DNA from: a bacterium
Lineage (GTDB): Bacteria; UBA8248
Length of the DNA stretch: 64,000 nucleotides
NCBI GenBank assembly: GCA_965221165.1
Contig: CBDCRP010000003.1
Coordinates: forward strand, 640,001 to 704,000
Direction: 5' to 3'
Shown: positions 56,708-64,000 of the stretch, in pieces
How the letters are laid out: each line of letters starts with the position of its first letter
Numbering within the stretch: the stretch's first letter is position 1
The notes under the pieces: generated by a model
The model's database searches: none
The model's input: the letters and a program-made list of their open reading frames with translations, nothing else
Told to the model about the DNA's origin: nothing
Program-made: the position numbers and the translations under genes

Positions 56708-57520
56708 TCAGGCTCCATGGGTTTGATTCCGCGCAACTGTATCTTCCGAATATCCCGACAATCTTCTTAGAATACTGGAAAAGACAATGGGCTCCGCCAT
56801 GGGTAACGCTTCGGCTAGTTCTTGTTCATCCGCAAAATGCACGCCTGGCAGGACCAATCCCGGCATTCGCAGTTTAATGGAATCCTTGGCGAACGGCCAC
56901 GGAGAAATTTCCAAATCATCCACGTTTGCGGTTTTCACCTTCAAGCCACTTTGCGTCAAGGGATGGACGGCCTCATCGGGCGGTGTAATTTCAGGCGCCC
57001 GGCACGCCAGGAGGGATAAGGTATCGCAAACCCTGAGCAAGGACACGGAATTTTCAATCGCATCCCTGTGTTCCGGCCCGATGAGGGAGTCCAGCTTTTT
57101 CCGCCGCTTCAATTCAGCATGAATGAACCCGTTCAGCACTCTTGAAACCTCTCGCAGAGCGCCCTCCCTCCCCCCAGCGGCGAGCGAGGAAAAATGGAGG
57201 CTGACCAGATAACCGGTAAATGGATGAAAAGACGCACAAGAATCTACGCCCTCCGCCCATATTTCTATCGCCTTGTCCGCCGTTATGCCAAAAAAACTAT
57301 AAGGCAGTTTCGTCATTTCATCCCATTTCGGCGTGGCATCCGAGCGACACCACCCCACATCATGGTTGTCGACAGCGAACAAAACCTTCTCTCTGAGTTC
57401 ATCAGGGGGGGGAGGCAGCGATTCAATCCCTGCCCAGTTTCGCGCAATCGTACCTGCTGCCCGGGCGTGGTCATGCTGAGAGATGAGGCGAACTTGATTA
57501 TCTCGTGGACGAACTATCAT
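56708..57520 (-). CDS. DUF3891 family protein
   Basis: MIVR......LI.Q.DHA...G..A..W, HD.GW, S.H, CD.LSL..C, PWPF. Confidence 0.85.
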   Translation of the reverse strand: MIVRPRDNQVRLISQHDHARAAGTIARNWAGIESLPPPPDELREKVLFAVDNHDVGWCRSDATPKWDEMTKLPYSFFGITADKAIEIWAEGVDSCASFHPFTGYLVSLHFSSLAAGGREGALREVSRVLNGFIHAELKRRKKLDSLIGPEHRDAIENSVSLLRVCDTLSLLACRAPEITPPDEAVHPLTQSGLKVKTANVDDLEISPWPFAKDSIKLRMPGLVLPGVHFADEQELAEALPMAEPIVFSSILRRLSGYSEDTVARNQTHGA

Positions 57521-57753
57521 TTGCGACACCACAGAAACGGCGGCGAATACACCCTCAGTGCGTCGACTTTCCCGGTCCAAATCCCCAAAAACATTTCATT
57601 TCGCTGACAAAAAATGTAACAACCACCACTGCGACAAACAAGAGAAAAACGAGTAAATGTAGCATCTACTTGAACAAACGTGTGCAAAACACATAATTTT
57701 GCTACAAGTCAGTATATATTCTGATCCTGGAAATAAGGAAATCGCGCCAAATC

Positions 57754-59190
57754 ATGAGTCAAAAAAATTCTCCGCAGGACCCCGGTTCGGTCGGCCTTGC
57801 GAAAACACATACGATTACCCTTCCCGAGCCGTTCCAGACCGATTCGGGCGAAACATTGCCCGAAATCCATGTTGCCTACGAGACATACGGAGAACTCTCC
57901 CCGAGTGGTGATAACGCGGTTTTGGTTATCCACGCTCTAACGGGCGATGCGCATGCAGCCGGCTTTCACAGCCTCGATGATCCGCGCCCGGGCTGGTGGG
58001 ACCCGATGATCGGCCCCGGTAAGGCCATCGACACCCGAAAATACTTTGTCGTCTCCTCCAACAACCTGGGGGGATGCTCGGGATCTACCGGACCCACTTC
58101 CATCAATCCCGCCACGGGACACGCTTATAATATCGGCTTTCCCGTCGTCACGGTGGAGGACACGGTACGGGTCCATAAATTGCTTCTTGAGCGTTTGGGC
58201 GTAAAGCGCCTCAAAACGGTTATCGGCGGTTCGCTCGCAGGGATGCAAACCCTGGAATGGGGCTTGCGCTACAGCGACTTCTGCGACTCCGTCATACCGG
58301 TCGCAGGAGCTACACGCTTGGACCCGATGGGAATCGCCTGGGACAAAATCGCCCGCAGGGCCATCATGGCGGACGGCGGTTGGGAAAACGGCGACTACGC
58401 CGCAGGCAAAGGCCCACGCAAGGGCCTGAGCGCGGCGCGCATGCTGGCCCACATTACCTACCTGAGCAAGGGAATCATGTGGGAGAAATTCGGCCGCGAG
58501 ATTCGAGATAAAGACAAAATGCTGGACGATATCGCCTCCCGGTTCGAAGTGGAGAGCTACCTCGATCACCAGGGAGACAAATTCGTCGAGCGTTTCGACG
58601 CGAATTCGTATTTGTATATATCCCGCATGATGGATCTATATGACGCCTCCTTGGGTTTCGAGAGCCTCGAAGCGTCCTTATCCCGACTCAAGACCAAATG
58701 TATGCTCGTATGCTTCATATCCGATTGGCTCTTCCCGCCGGAGAGAAGCATGGAGATTGCCCAGATTCTCCAAAAACGAGAGCAGGAAGTAGAGTTGCAC
58801 ACGGTGGAATCCACCTACGGGCACGATGCCTTCCTGGTTCAATACGATAAACTCACCGAGATCGTCGGTGGTTTTCTGGCCAGACTCGAACGTGGCGGCC
58901 CTATCGGCATCAACGCGACTCCCATACCTCGGGGGTGCAACCGGCTCGTCCTCTCCATACCGGGTCATTGTGTAAACAAACCTATTTTGTGGGAACTCGG
59001 CAAAAAATACTCGTTTTCCATCAACATCATGAGAAGCGAGATAGATGCCCAATCAGGGTGGCAGGTATGTGAATTCGATGGAAACGAGGAAGAAATCGTA
59101 CAAGCGGTGGCAGAACTCCGAAATATGGGGATCTGGGTCGACCCCGGGGGGCATGACGCCATCGACCACGACCGTGCCGAAGTGGTATAA
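57754..59190 (+). CDS. metX: homoserine O-acyltransferase (MetX) with C-terminal NIL domain
   Basis: HALTGD.H, GGSL.GMQ, RFDAN.Y, DWLFPP, GHDAFL; C-terminal ~80 aa NIL-like. Confidence 0.92.
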   Translation: MSQKNSPQDPGSVGLAKTHTITLPEPFQTDSGETLPEIHVAYETYGELSPSGDNAVLVIHALTGDAHAAGFHSLDDPRPGWWDPMIGPGKAIDTRKYFVVSSNNLGGCSGSTGPTSINPATGHAYNIGFPVVTVEDTVRVHKLLLERLGVKRLKTVIGGSLAGMQTLEWGLRYSDFCDSVIPVAGATRLDPMGIAWDKIARRAIMADGGWENGDYAAGKGPRKGLSAARMLAHITYLSKGIMWEKFGREIRDKDKMLDDIASRFEVESYLDHQGDKFVERFDANSYLYISRMMDLYDASLGFESLEASLSRLKTKCMLVCFISDWLFPPERSMEIAQILQKREQEVELHTVESTYGHDAFLVQYDKLTEIVGGFLARLERGGPIGINATPIPRGCNRLVLSIPGHCVNKPILWELGKKYSFSINIMRSEIDAQSGWQVCEFDGNEEEIVQAVAELRNMGIWVDPGGHDAIDHDRAEVV

Positions 59191-59259
59191 ATCGAAAATT
59201 GCGGCGATACATTCACCGGCATTCAAAAGATCCATTAAAAACAAGACGGAGGCAACGCC

Positions 59260-59892
59260 ATGGGTGAGTTGAAAGAACCGATTGTTGTGGTGAAATACTC
59301 GGATTACACCTGACCATTTTGCTATGTCGCCACCGTTGGTGGCACGCCTGTGATTGAAGAAGACCCCGACGTGGTCGTCGAGTGGGTCAGCTGGGAGGGA
59401 AGACCCCCGGGGCGGGAGTTCGCCGGCTACTCTCCGGAGCAGAAAAAAGAAAGTTACGAGACGAACCACAAACCTCTCGCCGATAAGTATGGCGTACCCA
59501 TCAGGGTCGCGGGAGACGACTACCGCACCACCAACCTCCACATGGCCACCTATTACGCCCGGGACAAGGGGAAATTCAAGGAATTTCGGAATCGCTGCTA
59601 CAAGGCCCGCTGGGTGGAGAACCTGAGCCTGGAGGATTTGGACGTCATCGCCAAACTCGGCGAGGATGTCGGCCTCGACGGAGAGGAAATCAAAGCCGTC
59701 ATCGCCGAGAAACGCTACATCGGCGCGCTGCACAGCCAGCGCGCCCAGGGAAAAGGTCTGGGTATTTACGGAATCCCCACATTCGTGGTGGAGGGAAAAC
59801 TGTTTTGGGGTATAGACGTTATCGATGACGTCAAGGACGAGGTTGCCCGCGTGAAGCAGGAACGGCTCGAAAAGGAAAAAGAAGAGAGCTGA
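59260..59892 (+). CDS. DsbA/FrnE-like thioredoxin-fold protein, probable selenoprotein (DYTUPFC)
   Basis: GGAGG RBS + ATG 59260; in-frame TGA at 59311-59313 (codon 18); GIYGIPTF cis-Pro loop; SECIS-like hairpin. Confidence 0.88.
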
Positions 59893-59934
59893 ACCTGCTC
59901 ACCGGCGGTTCCGCTCCGCCCATACGAATGAATG

Positions 59935-59966
59935 AAACACCCTGCTCGGTGAGCAGGGTGTTTTTT
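59935..59966 (+). terminator. intrinsic terminator
   Basis: AAACACCCTGCTC-GGT-GAGCAGGGTGTTTTTT. Confidence 0.85.
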
Positions 59967-60042
59967 CTCCTGCCTTTTTGCCCTTTCACTCCCGATTCGA
60001 TAAGCTGGAAGTTCTCTATCCACCATATGAGGAGAGAATCCG

Positions 60043-61635
60043 ATGGCGCAATTCGACGGAGTCGTGATCGGGGCGGGACATAATGGCCTGGTATGCGCGG
60101 CGTATCTCGCCCGGGCGGGGCTCAAAGTCGCCGTTTTGGACAGTGAACCCGAAATCGGCGGCGGGTCGAGCACGAAAGATTTTCTGCTGCCCGGCTACCG
60201 CTCCAACATGCACGCGAATTTCTTCATCGGTCTCGATGATTTTCCAATCGTCAAAGACCTGGAGTTGACCAAATACGGGTTCAATTGGCTCACGCCCGAC
60301 GTGCAGCACGCCACGCTGTATCGTGACGGCACGGCCATTCTGCTGCACCGCGACCCGGAGAAAAGCGCGGCCTCCATCTCTAGGTTCTCGCAAAAAGACG
60401 CTGAATCATACGCCTATCTGCACCGGCGATTCGCCGTGGAACTCGCCCCTCTCCTGCGCAGTTTTTTGTTCCATCCGCCCTTGCCTCCGGTCGAAATCGC
60501 CTCCCGCATGGAAAGCGATGCCGGACGGGAGATTTTGAGCTTTGCCAAAATGTCGATTTTCGAGGCCATCGAATCACACTTCGAGCATCCCAAAATGCGG
60601 GCCTTGTTCTTCTTGTTCTCTCACGCCATCACGGTGGAGGACGCGCCGGGCACGGGTATTTTTCTCCCGAGTCTGTTTTCCACCCACACGACGCTCGGGC
60701 TTCCGGTGGGAGGCGCGATGCAACTGCCTTTGGCGCTCGAGCGCATCGTCATCCAGAACGGTGGCGTTGTCTTGAGAAACAGCCATGTGCGGGAAGTGAT
60801 ACGGGAAAACGGACGCGCAACGGGCGTCATGCTCGATAATGGAGAGAGGATGATGGCGACGCATTTCGTCGCCTCGAGCCTCAATGCGCCGGCATCCATC
60901 AAAATGGCCGGAGAAGACGCCTTCCCCGATGAGGTGAACGAAAAGGTGCGAAACTGGGACTGGGGTTTCCATTCCCTGAGCACGTTGCATCTCGCCCTGG
61001 CAGAAATCCCGCGATATACCGCAGAGAATTTCGACTCAGACGTGGGCGAAGCGTACAACATCATCTTCGGTGCGGATTCCGGTGAGGAGATGGCCGAGAA
61101 CACGGAAGAGCGCAAAAACGGCCTGCTGCCGTCGCGCCCGATGGGCAACGGCTCATGCAACAGCCAGCATGATCCCTCCTATGCGCCCCCAGGCGGCCAC
61201 GTCGCCTTCTGGTGGCCGGGAGCCCCCTATGAACTGAAAGACGGCGGCCCTCAAAAGTGGGATGAAATAAAAAAGGAATACACCGAGCGCCTGGTGGACG
61301 TATGGCGAGGCTACGCTCCCAATCTCACGCCCGAGAACGTTCGCGCGGCGGATATCTACACCCCGCTCGACGTGGAACGCGGAAACAAGAACATGGTCCG
61401 TGGCGGGGTGCGCATGGGGGCGTACATTCCCGAGCAATTGGGGATCAACAGGCCCCATCCCCTGCTCTCCGGCATGAGGACTCCTCTGGAAGGGTTCTAC
61501 CTGTGCAGTTCGAGTTGCCAGGGGGGTGGTTTGAACGGAGCGCCCGGCTATAACGCAGCCGGCGCAATTGCGGATGATTTAGGCGTCGAGAAATGGTGGG
61601 AGCCGCTTCCTGCGCCTGCGGCGCCCGCCAACTAA
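60043..61635 (+). CDS. phytoene desaturase-family NAD(P)/FAD oxidoreductase
   Basis: GAGHNGL..AAYLA..G, TP.D.E, RTP..G.YLC, GAPG.NAA. Confidence 0.88.
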   Translation: MAQFDGVVIGAGHNGLVCAAYLARAGLKVAVLDSEPEIGGGSSTKDFLLPGYRSNMHANFFIGLDDFPIVKDLELTKYGFNWLTPDVQHATLYRDGTAILLHRDPEKSAASISRFSQKDAESYAYLHRRFAVELAPLLRSFLFHPPLPPVEIASRMESDAGREILSFAKMSIFEAIESHFEHPKMRALFFLFSHAITVEDAPGTGIFLPSLFSTHTTLGLPVGGAMQLPLALERIVIQNGGVVLRNSHVREVIRENGRATGVMLDNGERMMATHFVASSLNAPASIKMAGEDAFPDEVNEKVRNWDWGFHSLSTLHLALAEIPRYTAENFDSDVGEAYNIIFGADSGEEMAENTEERKNGLLPSRPMGNGSCNSQHDPSYAPPGGHVAFWWPGAPYELKDGGPQKWDEIKKEYTERLVDVWRGYAPNLTPENVRAADIYTPLDVERGNKNMVRGGVRMGAYIPEQLGINRPHPLLSGMRTPLEGFYLCSSSCQGGGLNGAPGYNAAGAIADDLGVEKWWEPLPAPAAPAN

Positions 61636-61636
61636 A

Positions 61637-62038
61637 CTAATTCTTCGTATCGGGAATCATCACCACCGCCTCGATTTCTACGATGTCGTCCTGATTCAAC
61701 CTACTCACTTCTACAATGGTGCGCGTGGGGAGATTCGGCCCGAAGTATTCCTCGTACAGCCGGTTGATGGCCGGGCGATGGGCATCCATGTCTCTCACGT
61801 AGACGACGGTGGAAACAAAGGTCGCAAGCGACCCTCCCGCCGCCTCGGCAATGGCTTTGAGATTCTCGAAAGTCCTTCTGGCGCGCGCCTCTATGGTTCC
61901 TTCAACGAGTTCCCCGGAATCGGGGTCGATGCCGCGTTGACCGGCGATGAACAACAGATTCCCCACGCGGCGCGCCTGAACGAAAGGGCCGGTGGGTGAA
62001 GGCGCCAGGCTTGTTTGAATGGTTTGAGGCGACTCCAA
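61637..62038 (-). CDS. RidA family protein
   Basis: AP...GPF.QA, AGQ, P.RT.V.V, VEIEA; probable TTG start at 62038. Confidence 0.88.
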   Translation of the reverse strand: MESPQTIQTSLAPSPTGPFVQARRVGNLLFIAGQRGIDPDSGELVEGTIEARARRTFENLKAIAEAAGGSLATFVSTVVYVRDMDAHRPAINRLYEEYFGPNLPTRTIVEVSRLNQDDIVEIEAVVMIPDTKN

Positions 62039-62096
62039 GGCGTTCCCCCGATTTGAACGCTGGAAAAACTGCCCGATGGGACTCTCTAGTGCGTCG

Positions 62097-62321
62097 CTAT
62101 TTTTTCTTGCCCTTGGGCAATTCCGCCGGAAAAGCGATCTTGAGCCATTGCTGGGTGAGTATCGTCGCGGCATTCTCATCTTTTCCCGGAATGAATGCGA
62201 TGGGCTCCCTGGGCTGGTCCCCATCCTGCTCGAGCATAAAGACATCCACGCCAAACCCGTACAGATCATGCTCGCGGGCTGCGAGGTTATATTTCACCCC
62301 ATTGTTCGTCAGTTGGTTCAT
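62097..62321 (-). CDS. small hypothetical protein
   Basis: AAAGGA RBS; 74 aa with globular composition; co-oriented with the RidA gene. Confidence 0.5.
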   Translation of the reverse strand: MNQLTNNGVKYNLAAREHDLYGFGVDVFMLEQDGDQPREPIAFIPGKDENAATILTQQWLKIAFPAELPKGKKK

Positions 62322-62557
62322 CTCGGATTATCCTTTCAAAGTCTCTGGCGAAAACTCGACGATGACGATTTCGACTCTCCCTATCATAGCGGATGGCTTG
62401 AACCCCCGTAAAGTTTGGAGGGCGATCTCAAACCCATTTTTTAATCAACCTTTCGCTGGTTCACACTCCAAGCCCGATAGTCCGGCCCGACACACCGCGC
62501 CCCTGGAACCCATCTGCCTTGACCCCATTTGGGGCCTATGATAAACGCAAAAACCAT

Positions 62558-62632
62558 GGGCCGTTAGCTCAGTGGCAGAGCGCTGCCTTCACACGGCAGA
62601 AGTCACTGGTTCAAATCCAGTACGGCCCACCA
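62558..62632 (+). tRNA. tRNA-Val(CAC)
   Basis: GGGCCGT/ACGGCCC acceptor stem, CTGCC-TTCACAC-GGCAG anticodon arm, GGTTCAAATCC, CCA end. Confidence 0.97.
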
Positions 62633-62671
62633 TTTTAATTTCGTACAGCACTCAACGGAAAACGACTGTTC

Positions 62672-63724
62672 CTAGATGTCGATGCCGTCCAGAAGTTCTT
62701 TCATCTGTATTTTTCTTCCCTCTTCCGCCGAGCGGCACGAACCTTCCACCAGTGCGAGGGCATGGACGGCCTCGCGAGGACCGGTTTCTGGGGCAACTCC
62801 CGTGCGGGCGCAATCGGCGAACTCTTCTACCTCATCGATTATCATATCCGCCATTTCAGGCACGGGCAGGTCCGTCCAACCGGCCTCTCCCGCCTTTTGA
62901 ATCGCCAGCGTCGTCTCATCGTTGGTTCGGTGGGCCAGGATGATGTTCTCCCGCACCATCTCGAGAGAGACCACCGCCTGGGTGCCGTGCAGCTTGAGCG
63001 TGAATACGCCCGGCGTCACGAAACTCGTCATCAGGGTGGAGACGGGGCCTCCCTCATGCTCGGTAATCGTCATCGTCACGTCATCGATCTCGGCCGGCGT
63101 GGCCAGTTTTTTGTGGATCCCCGATACGCTTACGGGTTCCCCCAACAGATAGTTCAGCGTGTCGCAGTGGTGAATCCCCATCTGCATGAGGGGGCCGCCC
63201 GGACACTCATCCCGGAAAAAACGCCACTTCTCCGGCGTGAAAAACTGCCCCATGTGGTTCGAGAACACCGCCTCCGCCCAAAGCGGCTTACCAATAGTTC
63301 CATCTTCTATCAGCGCCCGGATTTTCCGGTGCCCCGCCGCGCGCCGGTAACAATGCCCCACCGCCAGAATCTGTCCGGACGCCCTCCAGGCTTTCAGCAC
63401 TTCCGGCGTCTCGGCCAAAACATTCGTTATCGGTTTCTCCACCCAGACGTGCTTGCCCGCCTCGAGCGCGGAGATTATCTGGGCCGCATGAACCTTGTTG
63501 GGCGTGGTGAGCAGCACTCCCTCTACATCGGGATTCTCCAGCATCGCCTCATAGCTCGACGCCGCCTCGCAACCATGCTCCTCGGCGAAAGAGGCGCGCT
63601 TTTCCTCATCGCGCGTGTAGCAGGTGATTAAATCTATCTTTTCGCTTCTGCGCAGGGCGTCGGCTATCGGCGTCGCCCACCACCCAAGGCCCACGAGAGC
63701 CGTTCTGAAATTTTCCTGAGACAT
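62672..63724 (-). CDS. Gfo/Idh/MocA family oxidoreductase
   Basis: G.G.W, GKHV.VEKP, GG.L...G.H..D. Confidence 0.92.
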   Translation of the reverse strand: MSQENFRTALVGLGWWATPIADALRRSEKIDLITCYTRDEEKRASFAEEHGCEAASSYEAMLENPDVEGVLLTTPNKVHAAQIISALEAGKHVWVEKPITNVLAETPEVLKAWRASGQILAVGHCYRRAAGHRKIRALIEDGTIGKPLWAEAVFSNHMGQFFTPEKWRFFRDECPGGPLMQMGIHHCDTLNYLLGEPVSVSGIHKKLATPAEIDDVTMTITEHEGGPVSTLMTSFVTPGVFTLKLHGTQAVVSLEMVRENIILAHRTNDETTLAIQKAGEAGWTDLPVPEMADMIIDEVEEFADCARTGVAPETGPREAVHALALVEGSCRSAEEGRKIQMKELLDGIDI

Positions 63725-63786
63725 GAAAACTCCTCGTTTTCAACATCCGGTTCCTGAGAAAGATTTCCCACCGAAGTGAGAATCGT

Positions 63787-64000
63787 CTACATCAAACTTA
63801 TCGGGTCGACATCCACCGCCAGGCGAACGGAAGAAAAGGCTGTCTGCCCGTCAAATTCCGCCGTCAGCGATTTGAGCGCCTCGCCCAGGCGCCTCGACGT
63901 CCTGGCCTTGAGAATCATGTGATACCGCCATACGCCGCGAATTCTCAAAAGAGGCGCAGGCGCGGGGCCCAGGTATTCGACTCCATCCGTATCGGCAGTG
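63787..64000 (-). CDS. priA: primosomal protein N' (3' end only)
   Basis: Hand translation LGPAPAPLLRIRGVWRYHMILK...LAVDVDPISLM*, typical PriA C-terminus. Confidence 0.85.
   Translation of the reverse strand, partial: TADTDGVEYLGPAPAPLLRIRGVWRYHMILKARTSRRLGEALKSLTAEFDGQTAFSSVRLAVDVDPISLM

Noticed and set aside
57580-57753. SAM riboswitch upstream of metX
   Set aside because: No recognisable SAM-I/II consensus; looks like an AT-rich divergent promoter region
60043-61635. Phytoene desaturase-like gene as part of the hpn pathway
   Set aside because: Separated by unrelated genes and a terminator, on the opposite strand; the family is broad and promiscuous
62558-62670. Integrated element at tRNA-Val
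   Set aside because: No integrase, no duplicated tRNA 3' end seen, and the flanks are ordinary genes
1-64000. Alternative genetic code (UGA = Trp/Gly) to explain the in-frame TGAs
   Set aside because: Many complete genes end in TGA, Trp is encoded by TGG, and the three in-frame TGAs found all fall on catalytic Cys positions

Overview
Bacterial chromosomal window with about 65 CDSs, two tRNAs (Leu-GAG, Val-CAC), no rRNA, no CRISPR array and no recognisable integrase or transposase. The left half (1 to ~32.9 kb) is visibly GC-richer. It carries pgk-tpiA-secG, a peptide-type ABC operon, a small island after tRNA-Leu (a Doc-type TA pair bracketed by a duplicated def 3' end), an atypical SDH-like + class I fumarase-like + 2-hydroxyacid dehydrogenase operon, an M16 peptidase pair, leuC/leuD-like genes, and a segment flanked by GTAG-type REPs that holds an MmeI-like type IIL R-M gene. 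The right half is visibly less GC-rich. It carries a siroheme/sulfite-nitrite reductase cluster, three tandem acetamidase-family genes, a sirtuin, ilvD, squalene genes, metX and the 3' end of priA. Main finding: three genes that the ORF track truncates have an in-frame UGA exactly at the catalytic Cys position, each followed by a SECIS-like hairpin, so they are probable selenoproteins (two DsbA/FrnE-like, one DUF442/PTP-fold with H-U-x4-R). Other highlights are a NUDIX-HpnC-HpnD triple fusion and a MetX-NIL fusion. All calls come from reading motifs by eye; no searches were run.
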